From positions 36,890,001-36,954,000 of the forward strand of contig CAIIXF020000001.1 of assembly GCA_903813345.2 (NCBI GenBank): a stretch of DNA of 64,000 nt, given 5' to 3'. A program made the position numbers and the translations under genes. Of the stretch, positions 13,731 through 27,687 are shown piece after piece; position 1 is the stretch's first letter, and every line of letters begins with the position of its first letter. This DNA is from Owenia fusiformis (Eukaryota). The notes under the pieces were generated by a model that worked only from the letters and a program-made list of their open reading frames with translations, did not search any database and was not told the DNA's origin.

Positions 13731-15237
13731 TAGTAAATAAATGTAGCATTCTCAAAAATTTCTCATAATTTATGTCAAGTGTCATATGTCAAGTGACACT
13801 AATTATTAACACTTGTGTCAAAGTTTATTAAAACAAATAAATGCAGTACATTTGTTTTTTGAAACTTGATCATTCATTGTTCTTTAAATCTCAATTGTAA
13901 GGTTGAAATGAATATTCACAAACTTGAAGAAAAAATCTTCAAGTCTACTGTATTGTATGAACACTGTCTAGCCATTATTTGTTTTAGGCTAATTGTACAA
14001 ATAGCCTATTGTCTATAACAGAGACATATAAAACGTTTATATGTCTCTGTCCTGTCTATAATAGTGTGTACCCCAAATTGCTTCATCATATGATTATGTA
14101 AAACTGGCCATTGTATGTATGTATCAATGAATTGATGCCCCTTTCAGGAGTTTGATTTTACATCTGAAAAAGAGAGTTTTATTTACATTTTCTGAATGAG
14201 AAATAATTCTCTGATTTAGCCTTATCCAATCAGATATTAGGTCTAGCTATCCATTTTGAAGCATTAAAACTCTGTGAATTTGTCCATCCTTGTCAGAGGA
14301 TCATCAAAAAGATTGAGATTCACAAATTTTCGATTTATTTCTAAATCTTCTTCAGAAGAACTCTTGTCAGAGGATAATAATTACTTGACTCCAGACTTCA
14401 GGTTGATGGTTCAATGAGTGTGTGATTATGTAACCAGTCAAATTATATCATTATCAGACAACACTTATAATTTATTTGAGATGTGTGAGTCTAGTCTATT
14501 TTTGCTAACTTCTTAGATTGTCCTTTATGCCAACTCTGGTTTTGCTAAATTTACAAAAAAACGTATGATTAAAATGATTTTAAAGGTTTCTCAAGAAAAA
14601 TTATTTGAAAGGGTCAAAATCACTTAAACATTTTCAATCTGGATATGCCTTCAGAGAATCTCAAACAGGCTAAAACTATTAAAACATTTTGCGTACATCT
14701 TATAGTATACCATAGATTATATACATGTATTTCCATTACATCTGTTATAATTACATATTCAGTTCTTGCGAATAAAGATTCTTTTTAATGAAGACAGAAT
14801 TCTCACCTGTTCCCTGTATAATCCTATTTTTGACTATGATCACATTCAGTTGAGGAAGTAGAAACTGTTGCTTTTTCTATTTCTAATAAGTCAGATAGGT
14901 TCCTTACTGATGTTTTTTTCACATTAACCATTCCTACATGAGAATCTAAATTAATGGTATTGATTTCCTGGGGGAAATTAGCATGTATTGACCTTATCTA
15001 AGTTTAAGTGTTACTCGAGGGCAGAACCAAGAGAGAAATGTAGAATTGATTTTAACTTTCATAAGGAACCATCTTTCTTCATTGATATTCTTTTTTATGT
15101 GTCCATGAGTAATCAGAGTTTGCACTTATGCAGGGATAATGTAGCATATGTGATGATATATTAGTGGAGGAAATACAGTAACATATCAACATTGATACAG
15201 AGCATTGATACATCATCCCCCATTTTGGCACTATTTA

Positions 15238-15525
15238 CTGTATAAGTGGTATTTAGTCCGAGTGGTTAATTTTCCGAATGGTCACATTTCATCATTTTCC
15301 TAATTTTAATTTTCCTAATGACAAGAAACCTCCCATTGGATAACATTATAAAGACAATATTTCTGACATTTAATTTTCCGAACCTGGCAAAAATTAGGAA
15401 ATAGGCAAATTAAATGATTAGGCAAAATTTACCCTTTGCATTCGTTTGACTTCACTTCTTAAAAGAGAGCTTCGTAGTTTAACTAGACTCTGCACGCAGG
15501 GTAGGCAAAATTACCACTTATACAG
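15238..15525. mobile_element. TA-flanked MITE (Tc1/pogo-type)
   Basis: TA|CTGTATAAGTGGT...ACCACTTATACAG|TA. Confidence 0.65.
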
Positions 15526-17237
15526 TAATTAAAGGTGATTTTTTTTACATTGAAGACTTTTTGAAGAGTTTTCATAGATGACTTACTATATATCGATTGG
15601 AAAAAACTTAAAAAAGATGGCAATATGAGTATTGTTTGGGCTAGAATACATGAAGAAAGTTACTTTTTCCAAAATTAAATATTTAAAATTAGACTAACAT
15701 GACTAAAGTAATGTAAAACTCAGGATACAACCAAGACGACTGAATGATCTTGTTGACATGAATATTGTGATTTAACCGTACATAACTAAATGAAACCAAC
15801 TTTTAAGATTTTTTAACAGAGTGTCAATGGGTATTTAGCACAACCCTCAATCTCTGTCAATCTCTCTTTTGAACTGGTTTATGGTTTCACAGTCAAAAAT
15901 GTGTTCTTTGGGGTAAGCTATTCCAGCTTTGAATGTTGCTATTCTTGTCTGTTCATGAAATTTTATTTTTTGTCATATATCGAGGTGAGTCTTTTTCAAT
16001 TTCTGTATCGTGAAGGAGTGTATTATTGTTCATTACATAGTTTTTGTTTACGCTTCCAATGTGCATGGTTTTACATTTTGAGGCATTAAATGGTGATTGC
16101 CATTTCAAGTGATCCATTGGTCCAAGGCATCAATATCTCGTTGTATATTAATAAACTTCGTTTTAATTCTATCTCAGAGGGTGTAAAAATGCATAACATT
16201 TAATATTTGCATATCAATTTTGATCAGTCAGATACACCTAGGCTAATAATACAGATATTTTTGAATATCCAATGATTTTTTAATTGAAAAAGATGTATCA
16301 CTTTATTCTGCATTCATCAACAGAATATATATTTTGTCTCAGCTTATACTGATACACATGTATAGGCTTCAATTTATTTCATGTATTTTTCTACATAAAG
16401 CAACATTTATATTTAAAGTGTAAAAATATCTATAAAATACATATAATTCTAAACTAACATTGGTTCATTGAATACAATATTCATGTAGAGATTTTTAACA
16501 AAGAACACATGAACAATACTTTTATTATGGTATACGTCACTGGCACATGGATTGTCATTTAGAGACAATGCAATTCGTTATGCAACCTAAATATATCAGG
16601 GGTGGACCTTTAAATCAGCATATTATATTGATAATAAAAGTAAATCATTTACACCTTTTTAGGCTCACATTTTAAAAAGACAAATTGTCCAAAACCTTGA
16701 AAGAACCTGAAAATGAGGCCCATCCCAGGCCCACCAGTGAATCGTATTTATTTATAAACAAACAAAAAAGTATTTGTTACTCGTATTTAGTAAAACCTGT
16801 GTATTTGAACACCTCTCTAAAATGATCACTTCCAGCACTTTGATGTCCCATTGAATCGCATTTTACAACAACCTCCTAGTGAGAACATTAAGTTATGAAG
16901 GTTTTACTGTATTACTGTATTATACATTCATTTAATTATTTGGCAATTATTTTCAGACGACTATTATCACTGTATCTATTCTTTACAAGAACATTTTGTG
17001 AGACATTTTCAGGGATATGTTCAGATTTATTATGTCCATGTTTAAACATACAGGATTCGACTAATTATTGAAGGACACAGGTTTGAGTCCTACTGATGTG
17101 GATGTCGTATTAGTGTCCATCTTTCAAATGTGTCCCAAATATTCCAGTGACTGCTGTTGACTGTGAAGTAATAGAATGGCACCATTGGAATGGTATTGTA
17201 CCGACGTTATGATAGTAGGACAGGAGTCTCCCTGCTT

Positions 17238-20200
17238 TTAATCCATTTCAGCCAACTGTAAATCAAATGCAATAACCCTGATTTTCAAATGTACATGCTT
17301 TTATTTTCCCACTTAATGTATTACATTAACCAACTAGTATGCTTAATGATACACATCCAAAATTGGATTCAGTCATATTAAGATAATATATTATTGGGCG
17401 AGGATGTTCCTTATCATACTAATTTTATAATAAATTGATGGAGATTTAATTACATTTATATACAAGTAGAGGACCATCTTTAATAAGCGAAAGGCTCTTA
17501 TTGTCTCAATGAGAGTTCATGCGATTATCAGTTACCTAAAGAGGGGGAGAAGGTGATCACTTTTGAAAAGGGTAATCTGTAATTACACTTACCAGATCAT
17601 CTGCTTCTTCCTCCTGAGTGGGTGCTGTGTCTTCAGTCTTTACAACATCTCCCTCTAATAACCTATCTGCCTCTTCCTTTGTAACATCACTCTCTGGACA
17701 CTCACTCTTATCAATTACCGTAACCTTATCTGGAAATACATGAATTTGTATTAAAAATGGGTCAAGTGTTATGATGACATGGTATTGTACGGTCTACATG
17801 CTCAAATGTAAATAACTAGGATTTGGTTTTTCAAAAATATTGTTAATTTACGAGATTTAATATCTTGCCTCATGGTTTCTCACTTTACTTACCCTAAATG
17901 AATTATCAAAGGAGCATTTTTATCAAGGCATTAACGTGACAAAATGTCACCACCTAGTTGCTCACAATATTATGAGTTCAATCTTTGGTCAATTTGAAGC
18001 AAGTTAAAAAATACCGTTTTTGACCCTGAGAAGGTCATTGAAGGTGAAATCCCAAATCTAAAGTCAGATTTGAACTTCTGAGAATTTTTGACCTTGAGAA
18101 TGTCACTGAAGGTCAAATCTATAGTCAGATTTGAACTTCTGATAACTTGTAGATGATTTTGAAAAAACAAATTGGTCAATCAAGTTGTAAAATACCTTTT
18201 TGACCTATTTTTGACCTTGGAAAGGTCATTGAAGGTCATTTCTTAAATATAATGTCAGATTTGAACTTCTGAAAACATTTAGGTGATTTCGAAAAGAATT
18301 GAAGTCAGTCTAAACAGTATTTGTTAAGTTATTGGAAGTTGTAAGAATTTGTTACAGACGCCGATCGCCAACCACCGTCAAAAAATTGGAAAACATAACA
18401 ATATGTCACCACTTTTTGGAGGTGACATAATAAAGAATGCCTTAGACCTGTTGCCATTGTGTATTTGTACATTGTACATAAATATATTAACATCTATGGA
18501 GCTAGAGTTAATGTCCTCATACTCATTTCTTAGAAAATAAAATTCTAAATAATGAGATGTACCAGTTTGGACAATTTCTATGCACCCGGAAATGACATAC
18601 CATATACAATCCTGTCCCAGAAATCTTTCTTTCCTTTACCAACTATTGTCTCCTTCAGCTCCCTCAGGTATGTGTTAAACATCTTTGGCTCACTGTTCTA
18701 GAAAATAACAGAAGGACCTTTATCAACATGCATCTTGTATTGAATTAAGGTATTTCTCAAACAGAATACAAGAGCACAAGATGAACATAGGAAACCAACT
18801 TAAAATATTAGCCAACGAAGCAAAGAGATAACAACCAATGGAACAAACCATTAATCATATAACATTAAGAGGATACACCTCAGTGCACCTACATTAAACC
18901 TCAAATAATTCAATGCCTTTGAAGGAGACTTTCTACTGTATACTATAGTCTTGCATCAAGTCTCAATAATGTATATAACTTAGTGCAAAACATATATAAA
19001 GATGGTGATTGGGACTCACCTTTATGGACTCCTGTCTGAGAACAGTCAAACAATCCATTGCTTTACTGTAAGCCTGTGTACCAAAGGAGTCCATCACAAT
19101 TTCTATCAGTTTTTTCTGCATCATTTTACAAGCTAAAAATAAACATTGTAAAAACTTATTATTAATTTTAGGAAAGTCTCTCAAGGATACATTCATTACA
19201 GATATACATGTAAAAGAAAGATATTCCTCTTATAGTATACTGTAGGTTAGAAATTCAACAAAGCACCAAAATTAGAAGAAAAAAACATTCTACTCTTTAT
19301 TTGATACTTTCTCTTTTTTCCAAAGCTATATGTATACTCAAACTTTGCACTGAACATATTATCAGTATGTAAGCAAATATTAAAGAGGAAATCACTTGAA
19401 ATTTTTACACAGTTTATACTTACCTTCCTCAAAGCGATCCTCATCTTTCTGGCTTATGATTGTTTTAAAGTCATATACTGGATCTACCGTACCAACCTGA
19501 AGCAAATGAAGAGGTAATAGTTGTACATTGTAAGGCATTAACATAACATGCAAAATGTCACCACCTAACATTTGTTACAGATGCTGGATACCGAACTTCA
19601 ACCACCAAACACCATCCACAAAAAAAGTTAGAGACTAAAAAGAAATATGATTCAAATTCAATTGAAAATATGAATTCATTCATATGAACATACCTCTGTA
19701 ACTTTGGACTTAGTTATATCTTCCATTCCACCTTTCAAGTCATCATCTACCTTAACTTTCTTGGCAGGAGGGCCATCACTTGATTCACTTGAAAAACAAG
19801 ACAACTGGTATATGCATTGAGAGACATTTTGTTAAAACTGATTATTTCTATACATGTACATGTATAACAGCAGAAATTATATATTGGTTCATATAACGAT
19901 ATCCTTGTCTAACCATTTTCAAATAAAATGGAGATTATATATTTATGATTTCTGTACAAGTACCTGGCCACCTGAGGTACGCATATTTATAATTGATTGA
20001 GATTGTAAATGCTTATCTTCATTTGTTTCTTTCTATATGTATTTGTACTTCCATGAATACTGCAGATTATCCTTCTAGAAAATGAACATTTCTAGATTTT
20101 TTCAAATTAACCATTCATTCTTTTTAAAAATCCATGCATGCTAATATAACACAGCATAATGACTTTCACCCCTTCCCAATTTTTAATTATATACCATCAG

Positions 20201-23200
20201 ATATATAATATAGACATTATCTTCGACTTACCCATCCTTGAAGACATTTTGCCCAGTCTTTTCCTCCTTATCTTTTTTCACCATTTCCAATTTGAACAAT
20301 GTTTTCATTTTCACTACAACAGGCTTTGCATTGTTGACGATATTCTCTGGAGGAATCATAGACTTCTCTACAATGGACGATAACTCAGGTAGGGGTGCAT
20401 CGGGGGACATGCCTCTTTGTTGAATACACTGAAATGTATGAATAATACCAGATTATTAGTGCAAAACAACCCTAGAACTGGTATTCTAAAGAAAGGCAAA
20501 ATGAAAGAAATGTCATTCAGTTGATTTTCAATGCATATATTTTCTCACATTCACCAGATATATTTTTGTTTTCATTTTCCATGTTTTTCTATCAATTGCA
20601 AGTTGATAAGATTAATGTAATAATGTAATGATCTCACCTGGTATAAACGTTGGAAATATGGATTGAATGTAAGTTTTGGTTTAAAAGCCTCTTCAGTGTC
20701 ACCATCTTCATCTCTACAACATATACAATATAATTTAACAGATACAATAAAACAGATAAATGTACAATGAACAGGTACAATTTTATACATCAATATGGCA
20801 AGTAACATGACATGAGGCTAAAATTTCTGGATTGAAGAAATGACTCTAGTACATACATTAATTGATGTGATACAACATTTATATGAATTTCAATAAATGT
20901 TGATCTTGGGAGACAATCTTACAATAAAATAGAAGGATTATGATTTATAATACTTCAGGTAAGACCCCCCTCTACTACAACTTACACAATTGCTTTGGAG
21001 AGATCCATATTCTCAATGAGGTCATCCATCACCTTTAACTGATCACCTGAAATATAGGAACCCAGGTATAGGAAATGAATCGAATGATCACCTAAAATGT
21101 TGAATATGATCACCTGAAGTTTTGAAAATGAGCATCGTAAATGTTGAAGGTGATCAAGAACTAGGCATGCCTCAAGTCACCCCCGAGAGGTCACCCCTCA
21201 GCTTAACATTTGCGGATCTTGGATGGGAGATTCTACTGCATGTAATTGGATAATTACATGTGACTAAATGAGATTTGAATGTGCTTACAATGTGGATGTA
21301 TTGTTAAATAAACAAGAAATTTGGAAAATAAAATATAGCAATCTTCCAAGCATACATAATAATAACAACTGAGCACAAGTGTTCCATTTGAAAGTTATAA
21401 TGCACCATCCTGTTGAAAATGATATGTGGTGATAATTAAAATTAAGCAGAGAATAAAATCTGGAGAGATCACTGAATAGTTAGAGGGACACTTAATGCAA
21501 TAATACTTTCTGGTCTCTACTTACTTGAAGGCTGCTGTTTCTTGTTGGGTAGATCTGAGTTGTCTTCCTTGATTGGTAGGGAACCAAATGTAAACTGTCT
21601 CAGATCTTCCATGAAGGGCAGTTCAGTGTAAAATAAACACTGAAATTAAGAGCAGTTTTGTGTAGAATTTATACTGGAATTAAAGTAGCAGAGTAGAAAA
21701 GAAGAGTCTGGAACGATTTGTAAGAGGATCAATTTTTACTGGAAATAAAAGCAAGAATTGACAGTTTATTACAGATAGATTGATACTGGAAATAAAAGGT
21801 ACAGGTAGTTTAGTTTAGAATTTAATGATGTTCTTTAGGAACCTGACAGTACCTTACCTCATAATTTGCCTTTATGTGTGGAGACAGGAATCCTATCTTA
21901 GGGCTAGCTGCAGCACTATAGCAACGCCTCACTATGGCAACTGAGTTTGTTTCATATAGGGCTTTAATTATGGCAGACAAGGCAAGGGCTGCGGCCTGTA
22001 ACATAATGGGACAAAGTTAAAACATTTTAAGTGGTAAATTCCAAATGAGGGTTCACAAAGCATGATTTCAAGAGATAATATCGAATCAAAAATCCAATCT
22101 AAATCTACCATCCAATGGCACATTAAAATTGATATATTTAAGAAATCTCTAGCATTTACAAATTGCAGAACATATTGTGGATATGTTTTCTGAATTAAAC
22201 AGACATCATGGTACCCTGGTTGTATGGCCCTAACTGTTTCGGATTGAACATTTTGCTGAAATAGTCGGTCCACTACAGAAATGATCTATTGTTCTTATTT
22301 AAGGGATGTTTGAAAATCAAAACTTGTTATAAAATTCATTCCATAACTAGTATTTATATTGTTGTAACCTACCTCATCGCCTTTCTGTGCAGAAAAGGCC
22401 ATTACAGAATTCCCCATGTAATGATGTCTTTTTATCTACAAGGGAAATTATTTATGTCTAAGATTTATCTAATTCTAAGCCTCTATGTAAAAGTTTGGCT
22501 TATACTGAAGTCTCACCTAACGTAAACAAAATGTAAAAGTGATTTGTGAAACCATTCTAATATTAAATATTTCTGTGTAAAGGATTTTGTATGAACATCT
22601 TTACTTGTTACACACATCTATGTGTGTATAAATAATACTTTACACTGATGCATTTATTCATTTGTATTTTGGACTTATAAAAATACTGAACTTAATAATT
22701 CAAGTCCTGATTCAACTTACATCATCACTTTTAGAAAAACAAAGCAGCTTTAAACATTTAGTGGCTTTGAATTTCATATTTTCCAAGTCATCCTGAGAAA
22801 ATGGGACTAAGGTATTACCATACCTATGGCCTGCAAAATATTAACATTTCAATGACAATATTATAATGCAGCTTCAAAAATTATACAAGGAATTAACATA
22901 CAAAATGTCACCCCTTGCCATTTATTACAGACATCAAACACCATCCACAAGAAAGTTTGAGACTATAATAATATGTCACCAGAGAGTTAGAGTTAGTATT
23001 TTTTCATGAATCTTGAAATATGCATGTAGACTTTATAGTAATACTTTTATCATTGAATGATTCAGTTTGAATATTTAAACTACAGCTTCACTTTGGCATT
23101 GATTTTTTCTTTTATAAACTTTTAACGAGAATATTGAGAAACATGTTTCCCAAAATATATACCTTGAACCGTATCCTCTTTTTCAATTTCTGTTTCATCA

Positions 23201-26200
23201 TCATCATTGAGATGATATGTCCGCACTGTAGTTATCTGCTCATCAGGATCTTTAGCGTAAACCTTCTTAAAAGACTTGGCTGTTGCAGCTTGAACCTTTT
23301 CAATATACAAAATAATCATATGAAAGCTATTTATCCAAAGTTTAAATGTCATGCTACTTAGATTATCAATAATATCCATGAATGCATTAACTTGAAAACT
23401 TAATGTCCATCATATACACTCTACAGTAACATCTATTGACTTTACTGGACAAAGCTGCCTCCTTAGGACAATGATACACTAGCCTATTGTTGATCAAATA
23501 TGGCCATATACACTGATGCAATGTAATACAATTACATGTACATACAATTTATTTTTCTCTGAGCAGAAATAACTCAGATAAAATGATCGTGTTCGTATTG
23601 AATAATAAAACCTGAAAGATGAACATTCACAGATTGCTATGTGGTTTGGATGTTACATTCTGATACTCATAGCATCTTTCTGTTTCACCTGAATCTCAAG
23701 GCTGAGAAGAAATGAGATGTCATGGTTTATCATGATGTGGATGTTAAGTCAAAATACCTTTATCAACCCCTGGACAGGGATCTCAAGTCCAGGGCCAAGT
23801 TCAAGGGGAACCTTCCATGCCATGGATCTTTTTTGTCTTGCTTGAAAGAAGCTTAGGGCTGGCAGGGCTTCACTGAAACATTCAATACTTGGCTTTCAAC
23901 AGTTATTCAATGATGAGTAAAATACAGAAAACATTACAATGTATCAAAAAAACATTTTCTATATTTTATGAGATAATTCAAAGTGTGTGATATGTTAAAG
24001 GGTAACATAGACTTTGTACCCCATGGCACTTTAATAAAGAACTTACTTATGTCACTTGAGAAAATCAGATCACTAGAAACTTCACCATCACTGAATAAAC
24101 CAATTTCATTGATTTGAAATTGCACTATTATGGCAAAAATATCAGTTATGTTCTAGTTCAGAAAAATTGGGATCTTAAGTACATCAAAATTTGGTTATTG
24201 GGATTCATTTTGGCCTGGTTTATATATGGAGACCATGCTTTTTTTCTTAAGGGTAGCCTACCTAAATGCATAATGTGCTCCATCTACAGCCTCAATTATG
24301 CTCCTGACAACTACCTCCCCAGCTTGTTGTTGGGCAGTCTTCTCCTTCTTGTGACCATTAGCACCACCTTTAGCATCACCATCTCCAGACTCTTCATCAA
24401 AGTCTGGACCTCTGCAACAGTAAGCAATATTTGACTTGTGACCTTTATAGGCCAAACCCTTAGCATTGCCACAAAGCAATATTTTAATTATGCCATACCT
24501 TTTGTACCATATCATAAGGATTATTTTTTCCAAATTATGACGAGAAAAAACAGTGACTCCATAAGGAAGCAAATTCTACCAAACAACATTTTCTATCCAA
24601 ATCACTTGATGTAAAAAAGTCATGAAGTTCATAAATATAGCTGGATAGTGATGGGGCTCATGGGTTTGATCCCTACTGGGATGAACTCTCTCATCTACCC
24701 TCAGCACAGGATTTCATTCTGTATTTTCTATCGCAATAATTGGAAAAAGTGGTCATATTTAATTTAAACACAAAACAATTCTGGTGAATTATTGAGGAAT
24801 TGACTTTTTTACTTGGCTTAATTCCATTATTTAATTTGCAGTAAGGATACTGTGAGAAGTGTTAATTATACAATTATAAATAATATGGTACATGTACTTA
24901 CATAATATTAAAATCTACATTTTCATGTTTCATGCTTGCAACTATATCTTCCAGTCCATCTTCTCCAAACTCTCCCCCCAAGTCAGAGAACAGGATGATT
25001 CTCTTGCCAGTAAATCCTTTCTTACCCCTATAACAATCAAGCATTGCCTTTTCCAATATCTATCACATCTAATATGAAATAATATTATTGAAGTCAAAAA
25101 ATAATACTGTACAGTACTGTTCTTCTTCTTTGGCGGCTGTTTTAATTGTTCAAGTCAAATTAAGTAGCCACCAAATTCAATATTTCATATTTCAATCATG
25201 ACTCTGTATGGTATATACATTTCATTATTGCAAGTCAACCAAATGTTCAAAACAGCAAAACTACCAAAGTTGTAATAAGTTGTACCAAATGAAGTATTTT
25301 CAGAAAATAATATTTGTACCACAGTCTATTGAGGAAGCAAGTAATGGATCATTATGAATCAAACACATTAAGTACAAGTGCAATATTAGAATTAGAATGA
25401 CAAGCACTTCACCAAGCACAAACCAAATTGTTTATGTTACTTACTGTATTCCCTTCACAAGATGATCCATTGCAACAACAGTGGCATCAATAACTAGAAG
25501 TGGTTAAGAAAACTGACCAAACAAAACAAATAAGCCTTTATCTATGACAACACCAGAAGTGGTGACATATTGTTAAAAGTCTCTAATTTTTGTGAATGTT
25601 CGGCATCTTTAACAAATGGAGTCTATAACAAATGGCAGATGTTGAGATTTTGGATGTTAATGCCATGTTCAAGCTATATGGATTAGAATGAAATTGTTGA
25701 GAAGATGTGATATACCATAATCACATGAAATTTAATCCTATTTACAAATTGCTTTGCTAAAAAATGATGATGGCAATCATGCCATGATGGCAATCATAAA
25801 AGGGCTATATCCCCCTCATTATTTAAGTTACTCAATGCAAGGATACAGTCTCCACTGACGGAGCTTGGTTGGATGTCTTTTTGTACCATCTCAAGCAGAG
25901 GCCAGTCAGGCAAACATAGGGTACGCTTTACAGTGATGTTCTCGTAACTATCTCCATCAGCAAGATCATTTTGGGTGTCTGCAGTACCACATAAAACTAA
26001 TGCCACTTCATCTTTAGCCTCGGCAAAGATCTGGATAAAAAATAAATATACTACTACTGTATGTTTATCACCTGTACTATCTAGTCTACCTCGTATAGTA
26101 TCTCACTGTAAACATGCATGCATTTTTATACATTTTACTTCTTTGTGTATAACTATAGAATTAGAAATGAGAAAATAGCTGAACAGAGCTTGACAGAAGG

Positions 26201-27080
26201 CCAGATGGATGGACTTGTAGGTGGTGATTCCATAGACTCGTTATGTGAGCCAAAGAGAATTGTTTAAGATTATTGTTCTCTTGATCAATCTTTATTTTCA
26301 AATAATATCAAAACGAAAAAGGACAAGTGTACAGCTACAAATGGGTCATATCATTGAGCATATCAGGTATCTCAATAAATATAAACCATATACCATTACC
26401 AAGGATATAAAATTTTAAGACAAAATTCATTTAAAAGTGATGGCAACGTCATACATATATATGTATTACCCAATACAATGGAATTTCAATAGAGTATCAA
26501 AGTATTTTTTTGTAAATATCAATTTTCTCACCTTCCTTTGTAGAATCATAGTGATAGCATTGAGCGAAGACTGTAGAGACGTGATCTCACCAGGGGGTGC
26601 CTGGTTCATTGAAGGACCAATATCCAACACTATTGCAATAGCTTCCTAAAGACATGTAAAGTATGTTTGTATATATTTATTAGATGTTATCCAATACTTA
26701 AGTCTGAGCCCTATGGGACATAAAATTGTGAGTGGGTGATCTACCTAAGCCCCAATGTCATCAAGGGTTATTGATTTATTAATGATTATTGTCGTTACTT
26801 AAAATTTGGTCATTAAAGTTGTTTATCTATGAATGGCAGTTCTGGAAATTCTAAAAGAAATTAAAAACGGGTTTTGAATCTAATTGGCTGCCCAGCTCAA
26901 GGCACATGCCCGGTTTGCTGATGGTTGTGTACTCATGTCACTTGACAGGGTTTTCCCTCGATTGCCGCGATCGAACTCAATTGTGTTTAATTTTGACAAT
27001 TTTTGATTCTGCCTACAACGCGTGAAATAAGGAAAAAAGAAAAATTGTACCTTCGACTTACTCCCGTCAAGAGCTTCCAT
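17238..27080 (-). CDS. XRCC5: Ku80 (X-ray repair cross-complementing protein 5), about 21 coding exons
   Basis: vWA start EAIAIVLDIGPSM...IFAEAKDEVALVLCGT; core ALSAIIKALYETNSVAIVRR and LPFMEDLRQFTFGSL; FNPYFQRLYQ; VGTVDPVYDFK; YSKAMDCLTVLRQESIK; acidic C-terminus EEEADDLLAEMD* (DNA-PKcs-binding type). Confidence 0.95.
17924..18432. mobile_element. Helentron/HINE-like interspersed repeat with internal tandem units
   Basis: Starts caaggcattaacgtgacaaaatgtcaccacc, has internal tttttgacc...gaaggtcattgaaggt units and ends in hairpin atgtcacc-n-ggtgacat. Same family at 51144-51955, with partial copies near 19531, 22890, 25545, 52740 and 54572/55550. Confidence 0.65.
25494..25846 (-). other. XRCC5: U12-type (minor spliceosome) GT-AG intron, Ku80 intron 3
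   Basis: 5' site GTATCCTTGC exactly at the frame-required junction; branch site TTTCTTAAC about 10 nt before the AG; little polypyrimidine tract. Confidence 0.85.
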
Positions 27081-27687
27081 GTTAGATTTTGAAAGTATAC
27101 TTTCAAAATCTAACATGGTAGCTCTCGACGTGAGTAACCTTCGACGTTCCGACATTTTGTTACCGAAACGAACCATTTCGTTAACCAGCGTAATCGAGTG
27201 GATCACCAATAATGAGAATTAGGCCTTATAGTAATTTGGCTAGAGTTTTTAATGAATGATTTTTATATGATTCTCAGAGCTGTCAAGTGTCCCGCGAATG
27301 GCGGGATTATCCCGCGAATTTGATCAAAATTAGGCTAATTCGCGTGTCCCGCATTGTCCCGCGAAATCCCGCAAAATGTGGCTTTGACCTCCGCGAATTT
27401 CCGAAATTGTTGCAATCCCCTATATTTTGATTATCTTATCTTATATAAGAAGCTAAGTTTTTGCACTTTTGAGGAATAAAGTTTACCTAATTTTAAGTAC
27501 CTAGCATGCTGTTGTTTGGTATCAAAATAAAGGGGAAGGGTTCAACTTTCATTTTAATTACGAAAATAGGGATGTAGGTCACAAATAGTTCCAACGTTGG
27601 CCTTTTTACTACCCGTGTGGCCTTCATCTCAGAACTGAGCAAATGTTAGCAAACGCGAGTTACAATAATGTACGCTGATATCTAGAA

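Noticed and set aside
24841..24850. Second GTATCCTTAC U12-like donor in Ku80 intron 5
   Set aside because: The frame-correct donor is GTAAGT 51 nt upstream and extension hits a stop. GTATCCTT also occurs at non-junction sites (e.g. ~13050, ~19185), so chance is sufficient.
26880..27209. 109-aa ORF as a separate gene
   Set aside because: It is Ku80 exon 1 (MEALDGSKSK) read through UTR and intron; an upstream in-frame ATG at 27116 cannot be excluded.
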